Origin: Octopus bimaculoides
Lineage: Eukaryota
DNA length: 54,770 bases
Direction: 5' to 3'
NCBI RefSeq assembly: GCF_001194135.2
Contig: NC_068984.1
Span: 33,221,019 to 33,275,788 of the forward strand
The position numbers and the translations under genes are program-made. The notes under the pieces are model-generated. The model was not told where the DNA came from and ran no database searches. It saw only the letters and a program-made list of their open reading frames with translations. This document shows, piece after piece, positions 25,424 through 39,340 of the stretch; position 1 is the stretch's first letter, and every line of letters begins with the position of its first letter.

Positions 25424-28400
25424 ATATATATATATATACACATACATATATACCCCTTACCACTTGCATGAAATCACATAATAGTCAACATACGATTTTA
25501 CAATAATAATTGTGAGATGTTTGTGCACGTGTTTATCTATGTATGTATCTTTGTATTAAGAAATCCAAGCAAGTGTCAAATGTAGTCGTTATATATGGAA
25601 GAATACTTTTATTCGGGGCCAAGACATTACTCCATCTCTACGAATTTCCATATCCGTTCTACGCAGAGAAACACACACACGTACATAATCACCCGTCATT
25701 GATTGAGTCTTGCTAATAACGACAGCGTCCTTTATCTGTAATGTGTTGCTGAAAGCAATATATAAGAAATTATTCTTGTTGCTTTAGAAATATATTACTA
25801 TTCAGTTGGTCGGTTAATATTTCTCATCATACGGAATCTGTGTCCTAGTTTAGCAGCTTGTCACTAATTGAGGGTGTCTGCAGACAACATTTCTCAATAA
25901 ATGCAACTGTTGCCCAGAGCATTGTCCACAGATTGGCATAGCCTGTCGGTGAATATCTTATGTCTACTAATACCAGTTGACACTCAGATAAAATGTCGTC
26001 AGAATAAGAGCATTTAAAATATTAACCAAGAGTCCTTCGGCCGCCAGCGCTAAGATAATATTGTCAGAATATAAATGACAAGAAGATGTCTATTACTGTA
26101 CAGTAAAATCATTACTTTTGTTTAAGGTGATTAAAATTGATAAGACACTGTGGAATGTATGAAAGAATCCGTTATGTAAATGATTAATTATTCAAATAGA
26201 GACACTGTGTCTATAATTCGCTCAAGGTAAGAGAGCAACGGCCTAGATAATGTTCATTATCTGATCCGTCATAAGCTTGCTTTATGTTCAAATCTCAACC
26301 AGATCGCTTCAGTTTTTCTTTTGTCATAAGGAGATAAAATTATTAGAGTTTATGAAAGGCATTAAAATATCTCTATTACAAACAGCTTTCTGCCGAAGTA
26401 AAGAAGCTAATTAATAGCGAATAATGAAAATATGATCAGTCTGAGAATTGTTTTCAGTTAACTAGTTTCGATTACTAGTAGCGATCACTTTGTTTTACTT
26501 ATACATTTTGGTAAAAAGCATCGTGATCTAACACATCTCTAATCTGAAATATTTAGTTCCTAACTGTAAGAAACTAACATTATTAAAAACACTACAAATA
26601 TAGTCTATTCTAACATGTGAATTAAACATACTTATTCAACAAGCTAACTAGCTAATCATTATAGTAGTGGCCTTTCTGAAGGCATTTTGCACTAAAAAGC
26701 TAATACGAGGGTTTCTCTCATGAAACTTTCCTCAGGCATGTTTTGTTCTAACAGAACATCCATGTTTATGTATTGATAAATACTCTTAATACTGCCTCTC
26801 TCGCTAATATATACATTTAAACTAGCTAACTGACTAATTGTGACGACATCATTTCCTGTTCTGCCCTTCTTAATATATACAAGACGCAGTTGACATGTCA
26901 TCCTCTAATAAAACAATGTAGACATCACGTACTAAACCCATTGTATTCAACAACTATACCTTTCCGCAAATTGTTTTGTCGTTTACAAAACGATTTCAAG
27001 AGTGCTACGAATAAAACAACACCTATGGTGATGGACAGCAGAATCGTTAAAGTGGGAGAGAAAATAGCTCTCCTATTTAATACCAATCTCACTCTTCTCA
27101 ATTTCAATTCCTCCCAGTTAAACTTTGACTTTAATAATTCCATGTTTGTAGAAATAATACATCAGACAATTTCTAGTATCTGAAGTAATAGACTGTTAAT
27201 TCATGCCAGCATGAAATTGGTTTCTATGGTACAGTATAGCACAAATGAATAGCGCTCCGATAATATGAGAAGTGACATAATACTTGGACTACACTTGTGC
27301 TAATTATCTGTAATATTCTATGTTACAATCATACACACCCACATATCCTGTCGGTCACTCATAAGCATATATGCAAACGTACACACTTGCGTGTTTGCCT
27401 TTCGCCTGTCTCTGAATGTCTCTTTTTCTCTCCCTCTCCTTCATTCTGTCTGACTTTAAAATCTAACTTCACTTAATGAGTTAATGCAAATTTTTTTTAA
27501 AAACAGCTATTGATGGATTACATCTCCAGTATACAATGATGAAAAGCTTGATTGCGATGATAAATTTATGCCGTATATTTAACTGAAGCGAAAGGATTTC
27601 ATATAATCAACTGAACCGAAATGACGGATTAATTTAGCCTGATTACAATGAGTGAAACCTGCATTTCGTTAATATTTTTTGGCTGATCCACCCAATCTAC
27701 TCAATATCAATTAACCTAAGGCGGGTCGTTTAATAGAATGCAAAGTGTGATAGAATATGAAAATATCTTTCTGTTGAATGTCCTTTCTGTAGTGTAGCTG
27801 GTCGTTTACTGCCCCTGGAAAACCCATTCTTTTGGTTGATTTTGTCTTAAATCATTAACTATTATTGTATGCTCACATACACTTCTTACTCAGCAAACTA
27901 CTGTACTGGGCTGCTTTATTCACAGATCAACAGGCCAGAAGACAAGATCTGTTTATTACATAACACCATGACCGAGAAACCTTCCAGACAACTGACTTAT
28001 AAAAAGTAATCCGCGTTAAAATACGATTTGTCATTTAAAATGTGCGGCAATCGTCTAGAGCCTGGCTTCCCAATATGGGGTCCGCAAAGCCCTGGGTGTC
28101 CACGAACAGGATTGAAAATTGGCAGTGTAACAACCCAGACTATATGCCTACCAAGACATTACCCACTCTAGATAACCAGGCCAGAAGACACCACTGTATA
28201 GACTATACCACATGCTAGCAGACAAATAACACGGATGTACCTCATTTATAAAAGCTGCAGCAGAACATAAGATTTGATAACGAAGAATTAAAAGTTACAT
28301 GTAAATTTCAATTGAAACATATTCAATGCACCAATATAAAGCCAATGTATATGTAGATTGGGAAAAAAAATCTAACGACTCGCACATGCTGCGCAGTGCA

Positions 28401-30217
28401 CCTATTGTATGTGTAATAGTCTAGACTCGAGCAAATGTGGCCATTCATGCTGGGTTTATATTGGGTACATTTTGAAGTAATTTGCATTTGATAATTCTAA
28501 ATTACTATGTCTAAATCGAAATTTACATGTAACACTTCATTCTATATCGGTTGATATCAAATTTTGTATATGTTCTGATGCAAATTTTATAAGTGGGCTA
28601 TATATGTGTCATTTGTCCGCAACCATGGGCTATAGTCTGGACAGATTCACACATATATAACAGCGGTCCTTCAATTTTTTCTAAGCTCTGTAAAAGAACT
28701 CGGAAGTTGGTGCCTCCAACCATGCACTTTTCAAAACCCACTCATATATGCGTGTTTATGTACTGTTGAGCTACGGCACTTCGTTCAAGATAGACCGCTT
28801 TCAAAATGTATCATATTTAACAAGACAACATACCTCGATGCTAGGAGAAACGAAATTGGCACGGAAGTGAGAATAGCAGGCATCGATATTTCGCAGTAAT
28901 TTCTGCTCTTTAGAGCTACACACTCAAACATCACCCTGAAAAAAAAAACAATATATTTTTAGAAGCAGCTTGGTTTGAGGCTATTTCCTTTCGCCAACCA
29001 TGGAGTTATGTAGTGATATTTAAACAAAATACGCCTTCAAAGGGGTCGACACTGGATGAAGTACCACAGCTTTACAGCGTTTAACTTCGCATATGTATTA
29101 AGCATAGTGTATTAATATTGTTTACACTACTTTAGCTGCTTCAGAGAAAGTTTATAACTATGTATAAATGAAGAACGATAGTGTACATACTTAATGCAGT
29201 AAATTTAAAACTGTAATTTCAGTATGATAGAATAAGTATGATACCAGTAATAAGATTGGGAACGTTTCACCGAATACATATTTTGAATTTTCAAGAGGAC
29301 ATATATTTTATACTTCAACATTGAAAAAAAAAATTATACGCATAATTATGGACAAAAGATGCACACGCAAAAGCAATTTTAATCCTATTTGAAAACAACA
29401 GGAATGCACGAAAATACACGTGATTCTCTACGCGAGTTAGGGGAAATATAGAGTAGGATTAGAGTGATGAAATGGAAGAAAAAAGTAAACAAGAAAGCCA
29501 TTAGGTATAATGCAATATGAAAAAAAGACAAAAGAAATAAGATGAATATCAAACTAGAACAGAAAGAGAAAAGGAATATACAAACCAGGAAAAAATGGTT
29601 GCTATGTGAGAAGACAAAGTTTGTAAAAATAAACAAACCCGAGTTGAAATTCGTGACAGAAAGACATTAGTATTTGAACGTATAATCAAAGTTAGTTTCT
29701 CTTATACTGTCTTCTCCAGTCACTGAAGACACCCTAAGGGTCTTTATTCATGCAGATAAATAAGCCTAATTCTGATCAAACAGTGCCTAAGGGGCTTGAT
29801 ATTTATGAACCATTTATTACATCCGTAGAATCACATAGCTATTGGGAATAACTCTCTAACTAAATAAAGACATATGTAAATAAACAGAATGAAAGCTGAA
29901 ATTACACACCAAATGATATACTACTCATTAGAATCTGGAAATATTTGTGCTGTGTAATGACTGTGTGTATGCGTATACGGGCTGCATGCATGCACGTAAG
30001 TTTATGTGCGAATGTGTTAAGCTGTATATCTGTCTTTCTAATTAACACACTTATATAAATCCTTAGACACACACGCATTTATATAGACTCTTGAAAATGT
30101 GGGAAGACGCAATGAAAATTTTAGGAGAATAAAAATAAGGAATAAGTGGAAATGTTACCGGTGAGTGTGTTAAATTTAAAGGCACAAAAAGAAAATGACT
30201 CTCCCTAGACACAACAG

Positions 30218-30263
<46 letters not shown>

Positions 30264-30334
30264 TGATTATATTTGTATATATGTGTGTGTGTAAATGCAT
30301 ATATGCATATATATATATATATATATCATATATT

Positions 30335-31785
30335 ATGAAAATTAAATACTAAGTGTAGAAATTGATATTATCAAATATCACTAATTTAAACCGGTGGCCA
30401 GCATACGTAAACACCTTCGAGAACTGCAAATTTTATTAAAATATATCAATAAAAGGAAAAAACACAAGGGGGATTCTTTGTATGCTGAAGATAGCCGCCA
30501 AATCATTCTACCACAACAATTGTGTTCTAAAACAGTGCACTAGATGTTTCCGAGCAAGACAAATAATGAAAGGAAAATAAAAATAGCAGTTAATTCCATA
30601 CCTCGAAGTGTTGTCATAAATAATTAAGGAATTATCCGTGCTTCTTCAGTGAAATCATTCCCAATACATAATGATCGAACTTGATACCAATCGTCTCTAT
30701 GACAGGACACGTGCATATAGTGTTCCTCTATTATACATCGCAATTCCGATTCCCAAGTCAGAAAAAAAAACACAGTGAATAGAATTCAGCTGCGAATTAA
30801 CTGACTAGAGAACAAGGATATTTAAAAATTAAATACTACGGATAGAAATTAATATTACAATATAATACTAATTTAAACCGGTGGCCAGCTTACTTAAAAA
30901 ACGTTGGAGGACTGCAAATTATATTGAAATATATAAGAGGAAATATCACTAAGTAGACTCCTTGTATGCTGAAGATAGACGCCAAATCATCCGACCAAAT
31001 TGTCCTCTCACGGAAACCATTGGTATATAGTTCGATCATTATGTGTCGGCGGCGATTTCGATCAGGAGCTACAAATAACTCGTAAAGTATTTATGGCGAA
31101 ACTTTGAGGTATGGAATTAACTGCTATTTCTATTTTCCCTTCATTTGTCTTGATCCTAAACTTCCAGTGCCCTGCGACTTTGAGAACACATTTTTCATGG
31201 ATTTTGCATCTATCTTCAGGATACAAGGAATCCACTTAGTGGTCTTTCCTCTTATTTATATATCTGAATATAATTTGCACTCCTCAGACGTTTTTTTTTT
31301 TTAACGTATGCTGGCCACCAGTTTAAATTAGTAATATTTAATAATATTCATGTCTACCCTTATTATTTAATTTTTAAATAACCTTGTTCTCTAGCCAGTT
31401 AGTTCAATGCTGAATTCTATTCACTGCGATTATTTTCTGGCTTCGTGCGCTAGTTGAAGACATTTGAATCTAAATTGCGATGTATAATAGTGGAATTATA
31501 TATGCACGTGTCCTGTCACGGAGACGATTGGTATCTAGTTCTATTATGTGTTGGCAATGATTTCACTGAGGAGGCACGGATAATTTCTTAATTATTTATG
31601 ACGACACATCGAGGTATGGAATTAACTGCTATTTTTATTTTCCTTTCATTTGTCTTGCGAGCAAACATCTAACGCACTGCAAATTTGAGATCAAACTTAA
31701 CGTTGTAGAACGATTTGGCGTCTATCGTCACCTTACAAGGAATCCACTTAGTAAACTTTGCTCTTATTTATAAAAATATATATAT
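30335..31785. repeat. fold-back palindrome made of a ~490-bp tandem unit
   Basis: ctaatttaaaccggtggccagc occurs at 30381 and 30868 (+), with a near reverse complement at 31310-31331. aatagcagttaattccatacctc occurs at 30582-30604 (+), with reverse complements starting at 31106 and 31611. Confidence 0.9.
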
Positions 31786-32430
31786 ATAAATGCATATATG
31801 CATATAAGTACATATATGTGTGTGCGTGTCTAAGTATGTATATGCGTGTTAGCGCACGCGTGTGTGTGTGCGCGCGCGAATATTATTTGACAATTTGTAT
31901 TCAGCGATCATCTCAAACGTTGCGATAAGTAATTCGGACGTAGATCATAAATATACATTTTCATTCGTTTATTTATTTTATTTATTTTTTTTTTTGCTCT
32001 CCATGTAAGACTTGTGATATTTCACAATATACAGCTAGCGCGTTCGTATTTTTATTTCATTACAAACTCAAACATTTATAAAGGAAGTGAATTTGAAGGT
32101 GACAGCCGAGCTCAATACATTTTTGAGTAATACAAAAGTATGCTTGAATCCGTGACATCGAAAAATAAAATTATTTAGTGATTTTAAGAACTAGGTGTTT
32201 TTCTTCTACCATAGTTGATTAAATTATATTTTTTTACAAAAGATATTTCTGGCTACGCTTATGCGATATTTGCGAAAATAATATCTATTCCTTAGCATAT
32301 GCATCTAGACACACAGCATGTAAAATAAGGGATGTTAACTAATTTAATGACCGCATTTAAAACATAACTAGTTTTAATTTTTAATTAATTGGTAGATGTG
32401 CATCTTTCGAACTTTCGCTAAACTGAAACA

Positions 32431-34785
32431 CTAGCAGAGGTACCCGGCGTTGCTCGGGAATGAAATTGATCCTTATATAATGGAAGAAAAAGCAAAATAT
32501 GTTATATAGAAATTTGTTATTCTAAATTCAATTTATTCGTCAATTGGGAAGTAAATTATGAATTCATAATACAAACCAAAAAATACTAATAAAAATCGAA
32601 AATGCAAAATTTACCGCTTTTATGAAGGCAGATAAATTCTATCACAAACGTTGAAGGCGATAATTTGATTTCTGATTTGGAGCATAGACAAATAAGTCTT
32701 GCAAATTACTAACCCTGGAGCAACCAACATTCAGTTGACCATATGACCAACAAAGCTCGAGTAAGTTCAAGCCATTAGATTTCAAAGTCTAAGCTTGAGC
32801 TTTATTAATAGATATTGCGAAGCAAATTCGCACTGGGAATTGTGTTCCTTTGAACTCAAATCGCATGTGTCGGTTTGATTGGAATTCTTGGCATGGAAAA
32901 CCTCCTCCCTACAGGCATATTCAGTGATGATGGTAGCTTCTATCACATTGTGGATGAGTTCCAGGTTGCTCAAGAGAATTAAGGAACTTTGTTGTGTAAT
33001 GGACAGCTTCAATTTCTTCAAGAACTGAATCAAATGTTTGTACTCCTTAATGACTACTGGAATCTTATTCATTAATTCATACTTAGTAATTGCTACTGTC
33101 TCATGTTTCGGAGTAAGAGTTGCCCTTTCACACAACGATTTATATGAATTATAATTATTATTTAAGTCTGAAAATATCCTGTTCTTCAATTCAGCTGGGA
33201 CCATGACAGCAATGTGAGCCGATTGATATCACTATTCTCATCAAATGGTACTTTCCCATTTCCTAATTGGAGGATCCAGGTTGAAAACTGTTCTACACAT
33301 TGGTCCCCATATAATAAGGCTCGCACGTTAGTATTGAAGAAGAGTTTTTGTACTTTACCCCATAGGTGTAAAGACTTAATGCATGCTTTTATTTCATCAG
33401 AGCTTGTTTGTCTCGGAATGACCGGTAATGTCTGTCTCAGGTCTCCTGATAAAACTAATGTAGCTCCTCTCAGAGATTTATTGTTGCCGTTTATGTGCTG
33501 TAAGGTCTTATGAAGAGCTTCCATTGCACCGCTATGTGACATGGTGCATTTATCCCAAATGATCAGGTGGCATTGGCGTAATATTTCTGCCGAAACTTAA
33601 TCTTAGCTTATGTTACAAATTGGACTGTTATTTGTGACCAGGTGTAGCCGTAATTTAAAAGTAGAATGAGCTGTTCGTCCTCCTAGAAGAATGGTAGTAG
33701 CAATGCCAGATGATGTTATTTTTTCTTTTTTTTTTTTGTTGACGTACCTTTGAGAGAATCAATATTGTTACAAACGTTTTACCTGTGCTATAGGAGCATC
33801 AATAAAAAGAAATTTCCCCGTTCTTTTCTCTTACTGATGAAATAATTTTCTTATATGCACAGCGTCATTCTGGAAGAGGTTTAGGTTCATTCACAAATGC
33901 AGCCAACTCTGTGATGTCATAATTTGTCTCTGTTGCTATCTCTAATTTGACGGTTTGTTTTTGGCATTCCAGATCCAGATTCTTGCAAATATTTGCCTCC
34001 CATGGCCAAACCTTGATCCTCAATTTCAATCGGTGTTTGGTTAAAAATTGTATCAGAGACTGAATATTGATATATCGGTTTGCCTTTTGAACTGCATACT
34101 TTAAGTCCTCAGCCATGTACTCACGATGTTTCATCGGAAGCTTTAGGGAACTGCCAAGCTGACACATGTATAATTAATGTTACGGTGTTTCCGTGGAGAA
34201 TCTGATACTGATGCTTCAGTCAATGCAAGATCCCAAAGCTCATCGTTTTCTAAGAAACCTTGTTGATAACATGCTTCCCTATAAGTTTCACACACATGAC
34301 CATTTACCCTTCTCGAATCTTTGAATGAGTTGGGACTACGTACATCATGCAAATGGAACCGTAATTAGTAGCATTCTGCTTGGCTTGGGTGGACACTGTG
34401 AAGTCTTGCAAGATCGTCAGTCCCACGTTTCCTCTTGTGCCATTTATTTTTTCTCCAGGCGTAATGTTTGGGTAATTGTGGGTAAAGTAGTTTTCTTGCA
34501 TCTTCATCTCCTTGACATAACTTAAAAATGGTAGTAAGTGTAGTTTCTTTTGGAAAATTGCTTATTGCAATGGGGTTTGCTTTGTAAAGATAACCCTGTG
34601 ACCATTCTCAAAATGGACACTCAGATGAATGATAGCCGGGTGCCTATCATGAATGGGAAAATTGCGGATGTGACAAAAAGATTCATTGATTCTGATGTAC
34701 CTTTCTCTGTCATACTATGCAACTTCGTCTTTGTTATTGTTTTGCTGACTGCCATTTTGCATAAGAGTGTATGCTGCAGCATCTA
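32431..34785 (-). mobile_element. Helitron 3' half (post-Rep linker plus Pif1 helicase pseudogene) with intact 3' terminus
   Basis: The minus strand gives FPIHDRHPAIIHLSVHFENGHRVIF, RRVNGHVCETYREACYQQGFLENDELWD, FLFIDAP/TGKTF (Walker A, frameshifted, ~33770-33815), LIIWDKCTM, GDLRQTLPVIP, QFPVRICFAISINKAQ and SYGQLNVGCSRV. The 3' end is CCCGAGCAACGCCGGG-TACCTCTG-CTAG|T (hairpin 32443-32458, CTAG 32431-32434). Confidence 0.93.
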
Positions 34786-35019
34786 AACCTTTGTTTATAT
34801 ATTTTCAAACATGCTTAATAGACTTAACAGAGTTACAGAATTCAACATTGACCCTGGCTACCTGTGCTCGTCTTTGGTTCACTGTGGAATACTAATTAGC
34901 TACATCTTCGGAAACATTTTCAAAAATTAAAATGGGGATTAAATGAAAAAATGAGTTACGTGAATATCTTCACAGAAGCGATTGAAATAAATGACGAATG
35001 TGGAACGCCACAGGCACGC

Positions 35020-35300
35020 ACGCACGCTCAGACACACACACACACACACACGCACGCACGCACATACATACAGTGTCAAGCATCATCTGAAGTAGACGTG
35101 TGTGTGAGAGAGGGAAAGAGAGGGAGTGAAGTGGTGTGTTGTCTTGTATATGTACATGCATGAATAAATATGCATACATCTTTTGTATATATGTGTGCAT
35201 GTGAGACAGACAGAGAGAAAGAAAGAAAATGAGAGTGAATGCTACCTAGCTATCACACACACACTCTCTCTCTCTCACACATACACACAAAAACACACGT
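35020..35300. repeat. compound (CA)/(TG)/(GA) microsatellite cluster
   Basis: Read directly from the sequence. Confidence 0.9.
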
Positions 35301-36806
35301 GTGCATGTGTGACTACAAATATATAGAGCTGAACACGGCGTGCAGAAAATAAATAAATAAAACATTTTTCAGGGAAATTAAAGACGTGTGCGGGTTCAAG
35401 CAAAACTTTTGAACTTAATAACTATTTCTTTCAGTAATTTATCGTAGTTGTTTGCAAATAGCGAATTAAAACTTGAAATGAAAACATTAAAATAGAGATG
35501 TTTCGCAAATGGAAACGGAAAATTTCACCATTGCTACGTCAATACCAGAAGTTGAAATAGAGAAACCATTGTAAAGAAGTGAATCATATATATAAAGCAA
35601 TATTATTTATTTTTAATAAATAGAAATATACTGTATTCATGGTCAAATAATTCTTGTATCCCAAGTATGGAAGCAATTCGCGCAGCCGTTTTCACGTTAA
35701 GAGCGAACACACACACACACACAAACACACACACAGGTCTATTTCATTTATTAGATAAGAGAAGATATAATTATTTCGAAATACCCATGTTATATTGACA
35801 AATGTCTACGGTAGCATCATCTCATCAATACACTTAAATAAGACGAGAATATATTGTATTTATGTAAGCAATCACTGACACATTTATACATAAGCTAACA
35901 TTCACAGATCGTCACACGTATACGCGAGCATAAAAATGCAAAAATTAATGGACACATATTTATATAACTAAAATGAGAATAAAGCTGAAAGTTTGGATGC
36001 AAATTACGCAATCATTGCATATGTTTTACTTGTGTACCTTAGCATGCTATGCTGTAATTGTTTCGATCGATTAATTACTCTGTAATGACAGACCATTAGA
36101 AAAAGCAGTAGCTTAACCCCATTCCAGGTTACCAACATCAATTGGCAGGCAAAATCAAATCAAGAACTACAGTTCTCAGCTTCTATCGGTAAATTACGTC
36201 GTATTTTCTGAGAATCTAGCTTTGTACTCTTAGTAAACATTCTTCTGATGATCTGGCTTTAGAGGGTTTGATGATTTCTTCTGGAATTAGAAGTTGCTTA
36301 TGAAATTGGTGTTGTAGCAGTTACCAAATACTGGTCTGGACAAGTGAAAAACATGCAAAGGATGTTTAATTGACGATATTATAATAAAGACATTTCCATC
36401 CGAATTTCCAGTTTTATTCTGATTTCTGAAATATATTCGGTAATTTATGCAAATACATATCAGCACGAACAAAAATTGGATAACAATGTATTTTTAATAC
36501 TTGACAGAAAGTTACACATACATGGACTGGTATACAATTGTAAGCAAAGGTTAACTGTTAGACGTGACCACTGATTGACATGTTTGCAGATACAACACTG
36601 AGTTGTATGACTAAAATTTTGACACCAAATAATAACTGTTAATGTGACTCTAATAGTATTTGTGTGTTTTTGAATGGCTAGTATACGTCTTACACGGTTT
36701 CAACATACAGTCTCCAAAATCGCAGATGCTTGGCAAGCAAGCCTCTGAAGCTAACTGTTAGAATATCTCAATCGAAATGCACATTCATAGACACATTTAC
36801 TTAGTG

Positions 36807-36847
<41 letters not shown>

Positions 36848-37036
36848 GCACGCACGCATTCACGCACGCACACAGACACTCACACACTCTCGCACACAGT
36901 TACATACACATACACACACACACATACGCGGGTTAGTGTGCTTGTGCTTGCATGCGTTTGCGTGTGTGCTTGTGTGTGTGTGTGTGTGTGCGTGTGTGTG
37001 TGTGTGCGTATGTGTTTGTATGTGTAAGTGTGTGTG
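36807..37036. repeat. (CA)-rich tract followed by (TG)-rich tract
   Basis: CA-rich at 36807-36928, TG-rich at 36935-37036. Confidence 0.95.
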
Positions 37037-37170
37037 TTGGAGTATATCGTTTTATTTAGTACGTCCGTGTACCCTCAGATGTGGAAAGGACTTCATCGTG
37101 GATACTATCAGGAGAGAGAAGTTCTCTTTATAGTCAATGCAAGACAATGCATGAGAATACACTACCGAAT

Positions 37171-37205
37171 TATAAATGACGTCAGCAGATTGCAGTACAC
37201 GTGCT
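37171..37205 (+). promoter_or_regulatory. possible core promoter: TATAAA abutting a CRE palindrome, with an E-box nearby
   Basis: TATAAA at 37171-37176, TGACGTCA at 37177-37184 and CACGTG at ~37198-37203, followed by a CpG-containing stretch. Motif evidence only. Confidence 0.2.
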
Positions 37206-38129
37206 TCGGCGTCTTTCCGCCTCACCACCTTCGGTCAGCGAAACTCTGCTGCACACTACACTAAGAAATGTTGTCGCTAATTTATACCGCAAGTAATAAA
37301 TTTGCTGCTGTTTACAAAGTCTTTCCACACAGGAATTAATTATTTAAATAATTTGATGCGTAATGGAGCAGGTCGTCGGTGCATTATGCAAGTGTGTAAA
37401 AGTAAAGATTTTGTAAGAGCCGTTGTTTTTGCTTAAAGCTGCTGAAAGCATTGCGCGTTTGTAAGCGGTGTCAAGAGTTCTATCGTAGTATGAGATGATT
37501 AGATATGGATATTTCCTCTATGTAGTTATGCCTCTGGTATTTTTAAGATTGTGGTAATTAACTTTTTATAATTTTACTTTGTTCTTGCTATTTAGCAGAG
37601 CATTCTGATCCTTGTCACCATATTCAATTCTTCTCTCTTATTCATGTATTAGTTTACTTGAAAGCACATTATCGACATTGTCGAAGATAATTTCCTATTT
37701 TAAAGACATTAACAAGTAATATAATTTGCGTGCACTTTAGAGTAGGCTCAGCAAACAATTACAGGCGTCAATGGTGGCCCCACTTTACCTCATCTCCATT
37801 CAACAGGAAGAAATATTTATTTATTTTATGGTTGTAAAAATAATATATATTCCACGCACAAGGAAGTATTAGACAGTATCTACAAATATGTATACTATGC
37901 AGATACCACAATATAGATTTATTCCTCCAAACTCTTTACGGTATTTTTCCATATAATTTCGATGAGTGGTCTTCGTTTTTAACTGCTTTTACAACACCAA
38001 CACAATCTATAATGAAAATAGAAACAAACATTAGCGTATCGTATGCATGAAAGAGGAAATTAATACGAAGACAGAATTAATGAATTTCTATATGATAATT
38101 TAACTATGAGGTAACATCATAAATGTTTG

Positions 38130-38342
38130 TTTCAAATTTTGGCACAAGGCCAGTAATTTCGGGTGAGAGATATGTCAATTAGGTCGACCCCAGTGCTCAA
38201 CTGATATTTATTTTATCGACCCCAAAAGGATGAATTACAAATTCGACTTCGATGGAAATTTAACTCAGAACGTAAGAGTGGATGAAAAACCACTAGGTCC
38301 TTTGCCCGGTGTGCTAACGATTCTGTCTGATCACAGCCTTAA
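38130..38342 (-). mobile_element. SINE family B, single-unit copy
   Basis: tttggcacaaggccag..gtcgaccccagtgctcaactg..aactcagaacgtaag..gcccggtgtgctaacgattctg matches the tail, one unit and the head of 47732-48349. Confidence 0.8.
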
Positions 38343-39340
38343 TACCATCATGACAGTTAAAAACCATATCAAATAAAGTAGACATGAGTATGTTGTGACT
38401 GAGTAAAAAGATCAGCTGATCTTGGAGTAAAAGTCTTTGCCACATATGGACGTTAAATAAGAGAGTGGGGGATTCCGCATCTTTATCAGCAGCAAAGGAA
38501 GAATAGTTTTTATTCCTTTCTTTGACACAATTCTGCTTTCATAGATATTACATTAAAATCCGGGAACACAGGTTACTATAGTGAGTGCTTTCGTTGGGTA
38601 TGGTGGAAAATTTGAAAACATTGTTTTAACATTAGTGGAGAAATAATCTCACAATTTAGATTCTGTTACTAATATTCACGATTCACATTAGGATTAGAAA
38701 TGTTCGATGAGAAATGTAACTGTATATTAGGTAGAAATATATTTGAGAAATAGAGTTTAGACGTCTGTCAGTAATGCGTTTCTGAAATTCATTACGACTT
38801 AAAATGAGTTGAAATGCATAAGAAAGGGCAGCATGAAAATTTCTCATTTTCTCTTGTTCGGAATACATATATTCTTATAAAATGAATCACTCTTTAGTAA
38901 AATATATGTATCGAGCCTAAGATATGTTGTTTTCCTACAGTTCAAGAAGTAAACGTTTGGTCAAGCAAAGCATATTTCGTAGTCACAAGTAGAAATAACG
39001 TATAGTACTGCATCGACTACAGTATGTTATTTAAATCAACAAAAATATTAACAATTCAGATGAATTTCACATATGTTTTCTATATAGTACCGATAAATAC
39101 TAGTTAATTGATTCTACAACATTATGTTATTCACCTATCAGAAAATTATACTTTGTGGCATATGAAACTTAAAAATACACGGTTGGCACTAATTCTAACA
39201 AATGTGAGCGTGTATGTATGTGTGTGTGAGTGATCGCACGCGCTTATAGGTGAGTGAGGGTATGTGAGTGTATGTGCGTGTATGTGGGTGGGTGTTTATG
39301 TGCGTGTATGTGGGTGGGTGTTTATGTGGGTGGGTGTGTA

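Noticed and set aside
26690-26740. Minus-strand CTGAGGA..GAAAC hammerhead-like boxes
   Set aside because: No viable stem II or stem I, and GTTTC competes for GAAAC.
28056-28110. Resemblance to a hAT/Charlie MITE left end (cttcccaatatggggtccgc)
   Set aside because: No partner terminus or 8-bp TSD found.
29708-29735. CTGAAGAC-ACCC-TAA-GGGT hairpin resembling a hammerhead first half
   Set aside because: The GAAA box and stems I and III are absent.
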